Assembly (NCBI GenBank): GCA_010909165.1 | Contig: MU008200.1 | Location: 1-64,000 of the forward strand | DNA length: 64,000 nt | From: Anthoceros angustus | Taxonomy: Eukaryota > Plantae > Anthocerotophyta | Direction: 5' to 3' | Shown: positions 10,518 to 22,459 of the stretch, in pieces | Position numbering within the stretch: the stretch's first letter is position 1 | How the letters are laid out: each line of letters starts with the position of its first letter | Translations under genes and position numbers: made by a program | The notes under the pieces: model-generated | Seen by the model: the letters and a program-made list of their open reading frames with translations, nothing else | Database searches by the model: none | Told to the model about the DNA's origin: nothing

Positions 10518-13500
10518 CTAGGACCCATAGTTTTAGAACATCTTGACACAAAACCATTCCCTTGGGATCGAATCCTAGGACTATAACGACATAGAGGGTA
10601 AATGTGGCCTCTTTGCGCCTTTGGACGCAAAAATCCCATTCCACAATAAGTCACGAAATTTAAATCCTCGCTTGATCTCCTGCGCTTGCGATACAGTCAA
10701 TTGCTGTAATTTAGGTCACCGCCTGCTCCTCACAGATTCTCGGGTTGGCTAAGGCCAACGTAAGCACCTTCTCCGCACGAGCCAAGATAATGATGTGCGT
10801 GACCACTATCGCTACTCGGTGGAGAATTTCGCTGATGCTTGTGTGTTGATGTGGCACAAGGGTCTAGGGCAAGGTGAGGGTACTCCAATCCTATTGTCAG
10901 AAAACAATTTTGGATTCTCCCTCTCTTGGCGCTCCTCCTTATATAGGCGATCGGGCCTCAAGATTTCTGTTGAGGACGTGAGCCGGTCTGTGGGCTACAT
11001 ACAGTTGCCACAAACGCCCACCAGAGTGCGTGGTAGTCGTTCAGAGGTCCGAAAGTGTCAATAGGGACGCTGGTCGTCTGCCTCGTGGGTGGAACTCCCT
11101 CCTTATATTTCTTTGAGTGCACCACATTGACCTCCCTCGCCCGCCCTGCCTCGGCATCCTTAGAGTCTCTAGATAGGAAATAGAGCACCATGCTCGATAC
11201 CATGTAAATTGCCGAGCGGAAGCGAATACTTGCTTAATCTCTTGGTAGATGAATTGAATAATAATTGTCAACAAACAAAAAAAAGTCTTAATACCATTCT
11301 AGGTGACGCTGGCTAAAGGTCACCTCATAACCTAACAATTACTACTTGACCTAATCTATAGGTTAAGGTTTAATACAATATATATATATATATGACCTAT
11401 ATATCTATATCTAACTCAATGTACCTGTACTCACCATTTTACTCTCCATCTCGTGCAGAAGCAATTCTCCGTGTTTGGCTATGAATGCGTGGTACGCGAC
11501 GGAGCAAGAACCCATCCGTGTGTGTGTCGCCAATTGTCCCGATGTTTAGCTGCAGGTGCCGATGCGTGGTGAGCCAAACCCCGACGCCCACCAGACCGGG
11601 TGCTAGAGTGTTGCTGCACCTCAAGCTATGAGGACCAGCGTGGCTACCGGCCCCACCACGGGTCGAGCTCATACATGCGGCCAAGAGGGCCGTGGAGGAG
11701 ATCCACTTTGAGGGAGCATCATGGGGGCGCCCTCCCGAGGCATCATCGCCAACCGGTGGCCAACCCTTCTTCCAGTTGGCATCCGCTTGCCACTCCCAAA
11801 GCCTGCGTGGTTCCATAAAGGGAGTTGGGGATAAGGGTTTCTTTGAGGGAGCCCCGAGGAGCCGAGGACTCTTTCCCAGGAGGGAGGGTTGTGAGGCCAC
11901 GTGACATCTCCCATGATCTCACCTTGCTGGGAAGGAGGTGAAGGCAATGAGATGGAGCTGGAGGTTCGTAGCCATCTCACCGAAGCTAGCGGAGTTGTCC
12001 AAGGAGGAGCCGGAGGCAGAGGGAAGCAATGGGCAAGAAGGAGGCGTGAGGAGTCGGCGCTTGTGATGGCGGTGATGGAAACATGCCAAGGCATTGGCGT
12101 TGTAGAGGGTTCGATGTGAAGGAGCTCGTGGTAGTGAAGGCTTTTGTGTGTCAAAGTCGTTGTTGTTGTTCATGCATCCGCGCCTTTGTGCCGCCGCTTT
12201 AGTTGTTGATTTTGCTTTTGTTGTTGTTGTCCTCTTGTTGATGGTGATGTTGCAAAGGTAGGTCGCTGTGAAGGTCTTGCTGTCACGGTGACCGATCACG
12301 CTCTTCATGTATGTAGGTGCCAACATAGGCGGAGGTTGATGTACACTGGAGAGCAAAGCAGCCTATGATGATGTCCTTCCTTTTTGGGGAGCCATAGAAC
12401 CCTAGCTAGGACCCATAGTTTTAGAACATCTTGACACAAAACCATTCCCTTGGGATCGCATCCTAGGACTATAACGACATAGAGGGTAAATGTGGCCTCT
12501 TTGCGCCTTTGGACGCAAAAATCCCATTCCACAATAAGTCACGAAATTTAAATCCTGCTTGATCTCCTGTTTGCATTCTGATATGGCCAATTCTGCGTTG
12601 CAATTTAGGCTGTCTGCCCTGTTCCTCACAGATTCCTGGTTGGCTAAGGCCAACGTAAGCACCTTCTCCGCACGAGCCAAGATAACAGATGTGCGTTGCG
12701 CACTATTACTGCTACTCAGTGGTGGAGAATTTCTGTTGATGCTGTTTGTGTGTTGATGTGGCACAAGGGGTCTAGGGCAAGGTGAGGGTACTCCAATCCT
12801 ATTGCTGTAAAACAATTTTGGATTCTGTCCTCTCTTGCGGCAGCGCTCCTTATATAGGCGATCGGGCCTCAAGATTTCGAGGGGCGTGAGTCGAGGGGGT
12901 TGCTACGTTGTACAAACGTCTCGCCAGTCAGCGTGTGCTCGTAGAGGTCCAGCAAAGTGTCAATAGGGACGCTTGCTGTCTGTCTTCGTGGGTGGAACTC
13001 CCTCCTTATATTTCTTTGGAGTGCACCACATTGACCTCCCCTACAGCCGCCCTGCCTCGGCATCCTTAGAGTCTGTAGATAGGAAATAGAGCACCATGCT
13101 CTGATACCATGTAAATTGCCGAGCGGAAGCGAGAATACTTGCTTAATCTCTTGGTAGATGAATTGAATAATAATTGTCAACAAACAAAAAAGTCTTAATA
13201 CCATTCTAGGTGACGCTTGGCTAAAGGTCACCTCTGTTAACCTAACGACCACAGTCTACTTGACCTAATCTATAGGTTAAGGTTTAATACAATATATATA
13301 TATATATGACCTATATATCTATATCTAACTCAACAGCCAGGTACTCACCATTTTACTCTCCATCTCCTGTGCAGAAGCAATTCTCCTGTGTTTGGCTTGC
13401 GAATGTGCGTGGCACGCGACGGAGCAAGAACCCATCCAGGTGTGTGTCGTCAATTGTCCCGATGTTTAGCTGCAGGTGCCGATGCGTGGTGAGCCAAACC

Positions 13501-14368
13501 CCGACGCCCACCAGACCGGGTGCTAGAGTGTTGCTGCACCTCAAGCTATGAGGACCAGCGTGGCTACCGGCCCCACCACGGGTCGAGCTCATACATGCGG
13601 CCAAGAGGGCCGTGGAGGAGATCCACTTTGAGGGAGCATCATGGGGGCGTCCCTCCCGAGGCATCATCGCCAACTGGTGGCCAACCCTTCTTCCAGTGGC
13701 ATCCGTTTGCCACTCCCAAAGCCTCTGCGTGGTTCCATAAAGGGGAGTTGGGGATAAGGGTTTCTTTGAGGGAGCCCCGAGGAGCTGAGGACTCTTTCCC
13801 AGAGGAGGGAGGGGTTGTGAGGCCACGTGACATCTCCCATGATCTCACCTTGGCTGGGAAGGAGGTGAAGGCAGCTGAGATGGAGCTGCGGAGGTTCAGG
13901 CCATATCTGACCGTAAAGCCTGAATAGCGGGAGTTGTCCAAGGAGGAGCTGGAGGCAGAGGAAGCAATGTGGGCAGCAAGGAGGCGTCAGAGGGAGCTGG
14001 CGCTTGTGATGGCGGCAGCGGAAACAGCTGCCAAGGCATTGGCAGTTGTAGAGGGTTCAGATGTGAAGGAGCTCGTGGTAGTGAAGGCTTTTGGTAGTGT
14101 CGCTTCAATTGAAGTTTGTTGTTGTTCATGCATCCGCGCCTTTGTGCCGCCGCTTTAGTTGTTGATTTTGCTTTTGTTGTTGTTGTCCTCTTGTTGATGG
14201 TGATGTTGCAAAGGTAGGTCGCTGTGAAGGTCTTGCTGTCACGGTGACCGATCACGCTCTTCATGTATGTAGGTGCCAACATATAGGCGGGAGGTTGATG
14301 TACACTGGAGAGCAGCAGGCCTATGATGATGTCCTTCCTTTTTTGGGGAGCCATAGAACCCCTAGCTA
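10518..14368. repeat. ~1.9-kb tandem duplication (10518-12404 and 12405-14368)
   Basis: Both units start GCTAGGACCCATAGTTTTAGAACATC and end GGGAGCCATAGAACCC(C)TAGCTAGG; colinear throughout, differing mainly by small indels. Confidence 0.9.
13098..13334 (-). mobile_element. Short LTR (TG...CA, ~13110-13334) with adjacent tRNA-Met PBS; a duplicate lies at ~11191-11380
   Basis: GCTCTGATACCA at 13098-13109 abuts TGTAAATTG...; candidate far end ...CTCAACA at 13334. The copy at ~11191 lacks one T of the PBS. Confidence 0.55.
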
Positions 14369-15052
14369 GGATAGGCAGCTATGTTTTGGTGTGGGTAGAG
14401 TGCTAGTGCAAACTGTAGACTTCAGATTTGTTCATAACAATAGTGGGCATAAATTGTTCCCTTTGTCTAGACAACGTGGTGCGAAAGTCACCGGATGTCC
14501 GGTGCCTTTGGTAGCTATTCTAAAAAGCTTGTCTTCGCGCGCGGACTGCAAATCCAACCTAGGTCCGGCACCCATGTCCCTTCGCTAATGATATTGGGTC
14601 ACTTCTCAAAATTCGAAAAGTGTCCGTTTGTCCGGTATCGGTCATCCGGTGCCGGGGCACTTTTCTTTTTGATATAAGTGAGCTTTTGTATAGTTTGGAA
14701 CGCGGACGTATAGGTGGGCATATGGCCCATGTGGGATCTTGGTGTCTTATACCTCTAGTCTCCCACTATAGTACCAAATCAGATGTGTGCATGCATGTTT
14801 GTCTTTCGGCCATTTGACATGTAGATACATATTCTTATTGTTTTTTATGGTGCCACAACCTTATGATCGGTGTGGGCAGGATGTCGGGCATACTTGGACC
14901 AATGTGTACAAATTTTTTTTTTAGCATTTTGAGGTGTCATTGCAGTTTTCAGCTTAGCACATTGGTTCGAAAATTGTCACAAATGTACAGATTCAAAACG
15001 ACAACCGTTTTTTGTGAAAATGCCCTTAAAAATCCTTAAAACTGGGGTATTA

Positions 15053-15115
15053 AAGAGGACATTTGGATAACGTACTTGTGGGCGCTTCCCTGGTGGACCT
15101 GTATGCCAAGATGCA
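15053..15115 (+). pseudogene. Isolated PLS-type PPR motif fragment
   Basis: Reads RGHLDNVLVGASLVDLYAK, matching the (D/N)VxVGxxLVDMYAKCG motif seen in the PPR gene at 51 kb. Confidence 0.65.
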
Positions 15116-15129
15116 TGCCTCGTTTTTGA

Positions 15130-16381
15130 CAGCTTGGCTAGGAAAATTCTTACACCGACATTTACAATGCGCTGGCACTATTTATAAATCGATAAATTTG
15201 TATAACATTTTACAATGTATTTGCAATGAACATGCCACATCAATTTCACTAATATATAGCCTCATAAATGACATAAATCGGAAAAGGTCTCTTCCACATA
15301 TTTACAACGGCATTTGCATAAGCATGCCACATCGAATCTTACTAATATATAACCTCATAAATTACATAAATAAGGAAAAGGCATGCCACATCGCAATCTT
15401 ACTAATATATAACCTCATAAATTACATAAATAAGGAAAAGGCATGCCACATCGCAATCTTACTAATATATAACCTCATAAATTACATAAATAAGGAAAAG
15501 GTCTCTTCCAAAATTTTACAACGGCATTTCATAAACATGCCACATCAGCAAATAATATATTTATTCATGGATATTGGCTGGCTTGTGCATTTTACAACCA
15601 TAGTTACGACGCATGTGCCACGCCAAGAATATACAATAAATGAATAATCCAATAATATAACATAAATTGAGAAACCATTTTACAATGATATTTGCAATGA
15701 GCTTGCCATGTCAGCAAATAATAAATTTATTTATAGATATTTATATAAAATGGTTTTCATGCTTTTACAACCATAGCTACAATGCATGTGACACGCCAAG
15801 AATACAAAAAAAAAAAAGATAATCCCATAACTAACATAAATCCAGAGAAACATATTTACAACATCATTTGCAACGAACTTGCCACATCAGCAAATAATAA
15901 ATCTATTCATAGATATTCCAATAAATGGTATTATTCCAAAAATCAAGTCTTGCACAATTTACAACCACATCTACAACAAACATGGTTTACAACGTCTTTA
16001 CAAGTACCGCTTTTACAACATCCTTTATGCCACGTCATTATAAATTCAACAAAATGTAGTTTTATTAACAAATAACCCCCATAGTTTTCTAAATCAAAAG
16101 AGTTTATGCACAATTAACAACGCCATGTACAACGAGCAAGCCATGTCAACAAACCCCTGCTAAAATTTGTGTCAACATGCCATGTCAACAAACCCTTGTA
16201 AAATTGTGTCAACATGCCATGTCAACAAACCTGTAAAATCCATGCCACATCATATTAGTTAGGAACCCTTGTTGTAAATGTTCAAAAACTTACAACAGGG
16301 CTTTGAGCTGTAGTAAGAGTGTTGTAGTTTCCTCTAACTAAACTTAGACCCATTTGTAAAAGGTAGCCCCTCCTTGTAGTG
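15130..16381 (-). mobile_element. One-ended non-autonomous CACTA (En/Spm)-like element
   Basis: Terminus CACTACAAG on the minus strand at 16381; many TTTACAAC/GTTGTAA subterminal motifs; internal tandem repeats. No second terminus found; left boundary approximate. Confidence 0.6.
15322..15500. repeat. 60-bp tandem repeat, about 3 copies
   Basis: Lines 15361 and 15421 are identical; unit ACTAATATATAACCTCATAAATTACATAAATAAGGAAAAGGCATGCCACATCGCAATCTT. Confidence 0.95.
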
Positions 16382-16617
16382 ATTTTCCAACTTGATCCAA
16401 CCATGGACCTTTCTTAACAGGGTCAAATGGCATCAAAAAGCTAGAAAAGGTGCTTTTGACAACTACGGGCAACGCAGATAGTGTGGTTTTTGCCCTTGGT
16501 TTTGGGAAAAGCACCCAATCCAGAGATTGGTTTTCAATTTGTAGGTCGAATTTGACCAAATGGACGCCAGTCTCTAAAAAGTGGAGTGTGTCTCCACTTC
16601 TTAAGAGACCTTGTTAA

Positions 16618-17579
16618 GTGTGGCTTCGTATCCGACCACACAGATATCCTGCACTCATCGAGAAAAGAGGCAGGCTAACTTACCACTTTGTGCCCCGGAT
16701 CCTCGCAGACATCAACCAGCTTTACCCTCGATGCCGGGCGGATGGCGATGTATGCGACGTTTCATGTCTCTATGCTCAAGCCGGTGGTTTCACGCCGCCC
16801 TAGCCTGCAACTCTCCACAAGTCTATCAACGATTCGGCGAACCGTCCGCCATAGATCCGAACACCTGCTCCGATCAACCTGCACTGATGTACCAGAATCA
16901 CGCACACCACGTCTTCTAATTCGCAGCTTGCCTGACCCCAGATATCGACCCACCCCTACACCGCCCCCTAACCGAACACGCCTAGCAGCCGCTTCCCCAT
17001 GCTCCACCAGCCGTGGCGCATCCTTCAACGCTGCGATCGCCAACTCCGGCGGAGGCGAGTCACCGATTTCCTGGTGGCTTGGAGTGGCGAACCAGAGAGT
17101 GGCGCTACATGGGAGCCCGAGGCATTTTGCATGCTGTTTCCCCACTTGCAGGCGCAGATTTGCACAAGCCAGGAGGACTTGGCCTCGCCATGTGGGGGAG
17201 AATGAAATGGTCGCGGACCAGTGGCCATCCTGCGACCTCCATAGCCCAGCAATGCCGGACCCGAAGTTGCTTACAGTCTTCACGGCCCGAGCAACGAGAA
17301 CCGCAGAAAACCGAAGGTACCGATTACCAGAAATAATAATGATGAGATAATGGCAGCTGATTAGGTAAATGATTATAGCAATAGTGGTTAAATAGATAGT
17401 TAACGGATAATAAGATAAATAGCAGATAATTAGAATAACACCTAGTAAACTAGGATAAATATTGTAAAAAGAAATAACTCCCAACTAACCCGAGTAAAAC
17501 CGGAGAGCCTAACGTCTAGCCTAGAAGATCAAGAACAAGGAGTTTAAACCAGTATGCGCGGCCTTCTTGGCTTGACACA
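16618..17579 (+). mobile_element. 3' remnant of a chromovirus: integrase tail, chromodomain, PPT and 3' LTR
   Basis: WLRIRPHRYPAL...FHVSMLKP; chromodomain ILQRCDRQLRRRRVTDFLVAWSGEPESGATWEP; PPT GTGGGGGAGAA (17192-17202) then TG at 17203. Same PPT and related chromodomain as the 22044 element. Right end uncertain. Confidence 0.8.
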
Positions 17580-18050
17580 TGACCATGTATAAGTATGCTA
17601 CCCGATACACTAAAAGAATGTCTAATTTCCACGAGACTGTCCCTCAACTGTACGCGTTGTAGCAACAAACTTGGGATGCAATGAGGTGACATAAGTTTTT
17701 GTTGCATAATTAACTATTTTAACTTGTAGCTGTCTTAGAAGCATGTATGCAAGAATTGCTAAGAATTTATTTCCTCGGTTGTTGGAGAGCTTCGTATTTC
17801 CTTCGTTTTTGCTCACTCGGTTTTGTTCTCATGCATGGGGCTTGGTTGTAATTCTCTATTTATAAAGCATGGGAAAGTTCTCTAAAAAAAAAACTATTAA
17901 GGAACACAAATGCTTTTTAGATCTTTTCAAATCTTTTTTGCACTTGATTTTTTTAACCAAGCTAAACACTATCTATTCTTTCTTCAGAAATTGTGTTCCA
18001 AAAGTTAAATATTGATGCGGAATATGGTGGAACACAAATCTTCTACAAAA

Positions 18051-18677
18051 TTAATGTAATCCCAGAATATGTTGCACACCATTATAAGGCGCACAGAGGC
18101 GTCGACTATAAAAAGTCATGTATTGTGCTCCATACCACTTTGTGCTACGAACTACTTTTTTAAGATAACCAGGTTCCTTCTCTAGTATGTATCTTTCTCT
18201 TAATGGGTTTTCGTGGATGGTTGGTAGAGGTCCATAAGACAATATGTCTGTAAGCTTTTTGTATTGTAGTAGTTCCTCTCTCTCAGGATGTGATCCCATA
18301 TTCCTTCCATTTATGAGAAGACAACTTAATATGTTTCCTACTTTCTTGCCCGCACAACTAAAACTTCTCATTAACCACGATACCCCCTTTATGGTTTTTT
18401 TGATGTTGGCATATTGATGATCCCAGTATGCAGGAGTTAGAAAAAGGCTCGCACAATTTGAAGAATTACTCGTAATTGGATCAAGTACTTCTTCTATCTC
18501 GGTTGTCATATTTATTTCATCCTCAAGTAAAGATTCGTTAACCATTTGTAACACTTGAGGAGGCTGCATCACAATCTTATGTTGATCCTCAAATATACAC
18601 CCACCAGGAGGCTGCGTGACAATCTTATGTTGTTCCTCAAAGACACACCCACCAGGGCACATTCCCAAAGACCCCAT
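18051..18677 (-). CDS. Orphan ORF, 208 aa, homologous to the ORF at 3578-4231; short N-terminal tandem repeat (PGGCxFExQHKIV x2)
   Basis: Intact ATG-to-stop ORF; shared conserved blocks with the 3.6-kb ORF; TATATAAG on the coding strand about 140 bp upstream. Confidence 0.6.
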   Translation of the reverse strand: MGSLGMCPGGCVFEEQHKIVTQPPGGCIFEDQHKIVMQPPQVLQMVNESLLEDEINMTTEIEEVLDPITSNSSNCASLFLTPAYWDHQYANIKKTIKGVSWLMRSFSCAGKKVGNILSCLLINGRNMGSHPEREELLQYKKLTDILSYGPLPTIHENPLRERYILEKEPGYLKKVVRSTKWYGAQYMTFYSRRLCAPYNGVQHILGLH

Positions 18678-19299
18678 AGCAATTTTTGAGAGATTGTCGT
18701 GAAAGAGAGGGTTTTTAAAAGATATAATAAAAAAGTAGTACTTAGCAATAAACTCTACCAGCTAGCTCTCCACATAAAACATAATTCAATCTTTAAGCAA
18801 GAGGTGCTTACCCTTATATAGGACAAAAGCTTGTCCCAACTACTAATTTTAGATTATCATGCAAACCACACATTATAGCCTCCCCTCTTTAGGAAAGTAT
18901 GCATGAGAACTCCTTGTCCTAACATGCAGCCAGCACGGTAACTTCCATATCTAGCTTTTATTTTCATCTCTCATTTTATTTTTACTAGAATTTACTATAA
19001 TATGAATTTTTAAATTAAATTACCAAAAGCAACTGACTTACTGGCTTTATGAGATTTTTCAAACTGGCGACCCTGCACCACAATTGACAGATTCACCGCT
19101 TCCAATCTATACCAAGTAATCATCCTCGCTAAAGGGGGAGAAGGGCCAGGCTACCGGGGACGTTCTTAAACGGTGACCGTTCCCATCCCGTTGGCCACAA
19201 CCTGCTATTGCCCACAAGTGAAATTATCATGAGATCATGTTCAGCTTTTGAACGTGAGTGATGAGCTCTTCATTGCATGGCATGGTCCGGTGAACCACG

Positions 19300-20793
19300 T
19301 TAGTGTGTAACAAGTGTTGTGCGTGGCAGAGGTGCATGCATAGATTTAGCTAGTGCTCCTACCTGTTTGCCATGGCTGCCTGTGGGGATGCAATGCAATC
19401 GAGACACCAGCCATTGGCTAGCAACGCAGTAGCATGGTGCAACAATTTGCAGGAGAGCCATCCAAGACGGTGCGTGGCTGGAGAAGGATCTTGAATCGGC
19501 CAGGAGCTTCTGTAGCGGATTTTCTCTTGTAGCCAAGGCTTGGACATGAAAAGGATGTGTTTCTAGCCAGCAGCCTAGTACACATGTATGCAAAGAGTGG
19601 TAGCTTGAAAGATGCTGAACAATGTTTGATAACCTTGGTGAAAAAGATGTGGTGAAAAAGCCCAAACGTGCAAATCCTGCAGCAGGCCATCACCACAGTG
19701 AACACATCCATCGCTTGATGACCTATTTGCATATCCAGATAAGGCATCAGCGCAGCAATCGAAGCTGGCTTGTCCAACACCCAGTGCCGCAAATAACACG
19801 AAACCCCCTCATCCCTACATACATGAAGCTGCTTCCCTGTGAACCGCCAGATCCTCAAAGTTGCCCACAGTTACACAGTTGCACAAGCCTGCAGAGGCAT
19901 ATATGCAATTGTGAATGAAATAATGCCTTCTTCTTGCATAATGTTGTATAAATCAATAAGGGCTTCCAGCTCCATTCCTTGCTGGGCATATCCTACCATC
20001 AATGCATTCCACGTCCCCATAGTGTCTGGACCTACGGTCCATCGAACACGGCACAAGAATGCGCCAGGCTGCCTGACTGCCGCAAATATGGTATGTGGCA
20101 GCCGCGCTTTGCCCTCTACCTTGACAATGCTATGCAAGGGGAAGACATTGCAGCACTCCAACCTTGCATTGTTTGTGATCATGAGCCTTCTTTAGGCATG
20201 TGCTAGTGTAGGCACCTCGGTTTTGGAGATGGGCATCAAACAATCCATACAATCAGCGGAAGGGAATTAGAGGATGTGTTTGTCACTAGCCGTTTTGTAA
20301 ACAAGTATACAAAGTCTGGCAGCTTGGAAGATGCCCAAAGAGTTTGATGGGCATGATAAAAAAAACTATGTCTACGGTGTTCGTCTTCCCCTTTGTTCTT
20401 GTTCGAGTCACTTGGAGTCTCACATTGCTTATAGGGTTGGTGGCACGGCGCTTTGCCCTCTACCTTGACAATGCTATGCAAGGGGAAGACATTGCAGCAC
20501 TCCAACCTTGCATTGTTTGTGATCATGAGCCTTCTTTAGGCATGTGCTAGTGTAGGCACCTCGGTTTTGGAGATGGGCATCAAACAATCCATACAATCAG
20601 CGGAAGGGAATTAGAGGATGTGTTTGTCACTAGCCGTTTTGTAAACAAGTATACAAAGTCTGGCAGCTTGGAAGATGCCCAAAGAGTTTGATGGGCATGA
20701 TAAAAAAAACTATGTCTACGGTGTTCGTCTTCCCCTTTGTTCTTGTTCGAGTCACTTGGAGTCTCACATTGCTTATAGGGTTGGTGTGGCACG
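19300..20793. pseudogene. Cluster of degenerate PLS-class PPR fragments in mixed orientation (+ 19300-19640, - 19720-20090, + 20104-20793)
   Basis: FLASSLVHMYAKSGSLKDAEQ (+); WNALMVGYAQQGMELEALIDLYNIMQEEGI (-); VFVTSRFVNKYTKSGSLEDAQRV (+); many stops and frameshifts. Confidence 0.8.
20104..20793 (+). repeat. 344-bp near-perfect tandem duplication of a PPR fragment
   Basis: Units start GCGCTTTGCCCTCTACC at 20104 and 20448; essentially identical. Confidence 0.95.
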
Positions 20794-22043
20794 GGTTGGA
20801 GTAGAGCTTGTGCCCACCACCATGGCGGTCAATAATGAGGTGTAGGTTTTTTTGCTTTTCTAAATTATGTATTATTTATTTATCCATTTTGGCTGTAATT
20901 ACGTATACCGTAACCCGAAGGGTGATTCGCCATTAATTAATTAAAATTAGTAAAATTTGAAAATCCAGAAATTTGAAATTTGTACTTAAAATGCCCAATA
21001 TGTAAAAATTTACAAGTTTAAGATGCCGAAAACAAGGAAACTAGGGTTTGTGTGAAAAATTAGGCCCTGTTTAGAAGAGGTCTATATATATCTATTAATT
21101 CTATATAAATACCTGTGTATTCTAATGAATTTTGAAATTTGATAAAATTATTTGTCATAAATGTTGAAAATTTGGAAAATATAAATATTTATATTGAACC
21201 TTATTTTTTCAAAAGAATAATTATTTCGGCATTACCCTATTGAACCACCTCTCCGAGTATTGTATTGTTAAGTTATTAATATTCTCTTGATTTGTTGGTC
21301 TTATTGTGTGCTATGACTAAATTATTAATCTAAAATTTAAAATAGATTCAATTTAGAATTTGCTCAAACGGTTTCAACTTGGCCAAAAGATTAATGTGAC
21401 GAAGAAGAATTGGAGTGAAACGTGAAAAAGTTTTTAAGGGAAAGAATGATGGGGGAGCCTACTAAGCAGAGCACAACAAAGGGAGACCCGGAGGGTCACG
21501 GTAAATAGGAGGGGCTCCCTACCTAAAGTCACCTATTGCGCCAACATGTCATATGTAGGAAGAATAAACGACCTCCATACTATAGAGGAAGAGTAGGATG
21601 CGTCACTTGCTGTGATTGCCGTGCGAAAGATTGTGGTTGTCAGTGCTCATTGGAGGGCAATGAATATACATTGTCAGAATAATGCTGTAAAATAAGTTAG
21701 GGACAGCCCCGCACAGTGCCTGCGAGCATGGTAAGCTTTGACGAGGACTTGATAGATTTATTAAAATACTTAGCCATCGCTCCATACATTTGGAGCACTA
21801 TTGCTTTGTAGGCGATGCTAGTTGCTTTGTAGTCGATGCTACCTACTAGCCAAGACTTTTTATGAGCAGCCAAGTGCAACAATAGTTAATATTTTAACTA
21901 TGTTTAAAGTAGCACTAAGATTAAACACTAAGGTAACAATAATAGACACTATCGGTAGGAGCTCTGGTAAAAGAGCTTGAAAAGAGGAGAGGGGGCGAGA
22001 CCAGATCACATATGGAAATCCAAGTGACTGCAAAAACAGCCTT

Positions 22044-22445
22044 TGCTACGACCGTACAAGCTAGCTTAGTGGAGATAGGACGTTTTTCATTGCTACGAAT
22101 TCAGATACATATACAGAAGATGGGGACACGAAGTTGGTGTCCCCAACAACACAGGTTGTTGGGCCGTTAATGTCCGTTGAAGTTAAAGTTAGTTCCTAAA
22201 CTAGACACTTATCCCTGTCTAGTTACTTATTAATCTAGGTTTAGAATTATCTAATAACGTTTCGTCTAACGGCTATCTAATCACGTTTTATCTAACAGCC
22301 ATCTTCTACCTGGCTATCTGTCACGTTACAAAGTTGCTCTAGGTACCTTCTGGGTCGGTTCCCGCTATCTCGTCCGTCTATGGCTGGAGGCGGCTTCGTT
22401 CCCGGTGGCTTCACACGCGGACTGGCCATTGTTGCGCGTGTGTCA
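22044..22445 (-). repeat. 3' LTR (402 bp)
   Basis: TG...CA, abuts the PPT, colinear with 31540-31944. Confidence 0.95.
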
Positions 22446-22459
22446 TTCTCCCCCACTTA

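Noticed and set aside
14390-15050. GTCCGG/CCGGT-rich segment as a hAT or MITE end
   Set aside because: Motif clustering is visible, but I could not identify terminal inverted repeats or a TSD.
15063-15647. 194-aa ORF as a real protein
   Set aside because: It is a read-through of a PPR fragment into a 60-bp non-coding tandem repeat.
6321-19075. TAGGGTCACCAG / CTGGCGACCCTG as hAT terminal inverted repeats of a 12.7-kb element
   Set aside because: Homology continues well outside the supposed termini and there is no 8-bp TSD; it is part of a longer inverted repeat copy.
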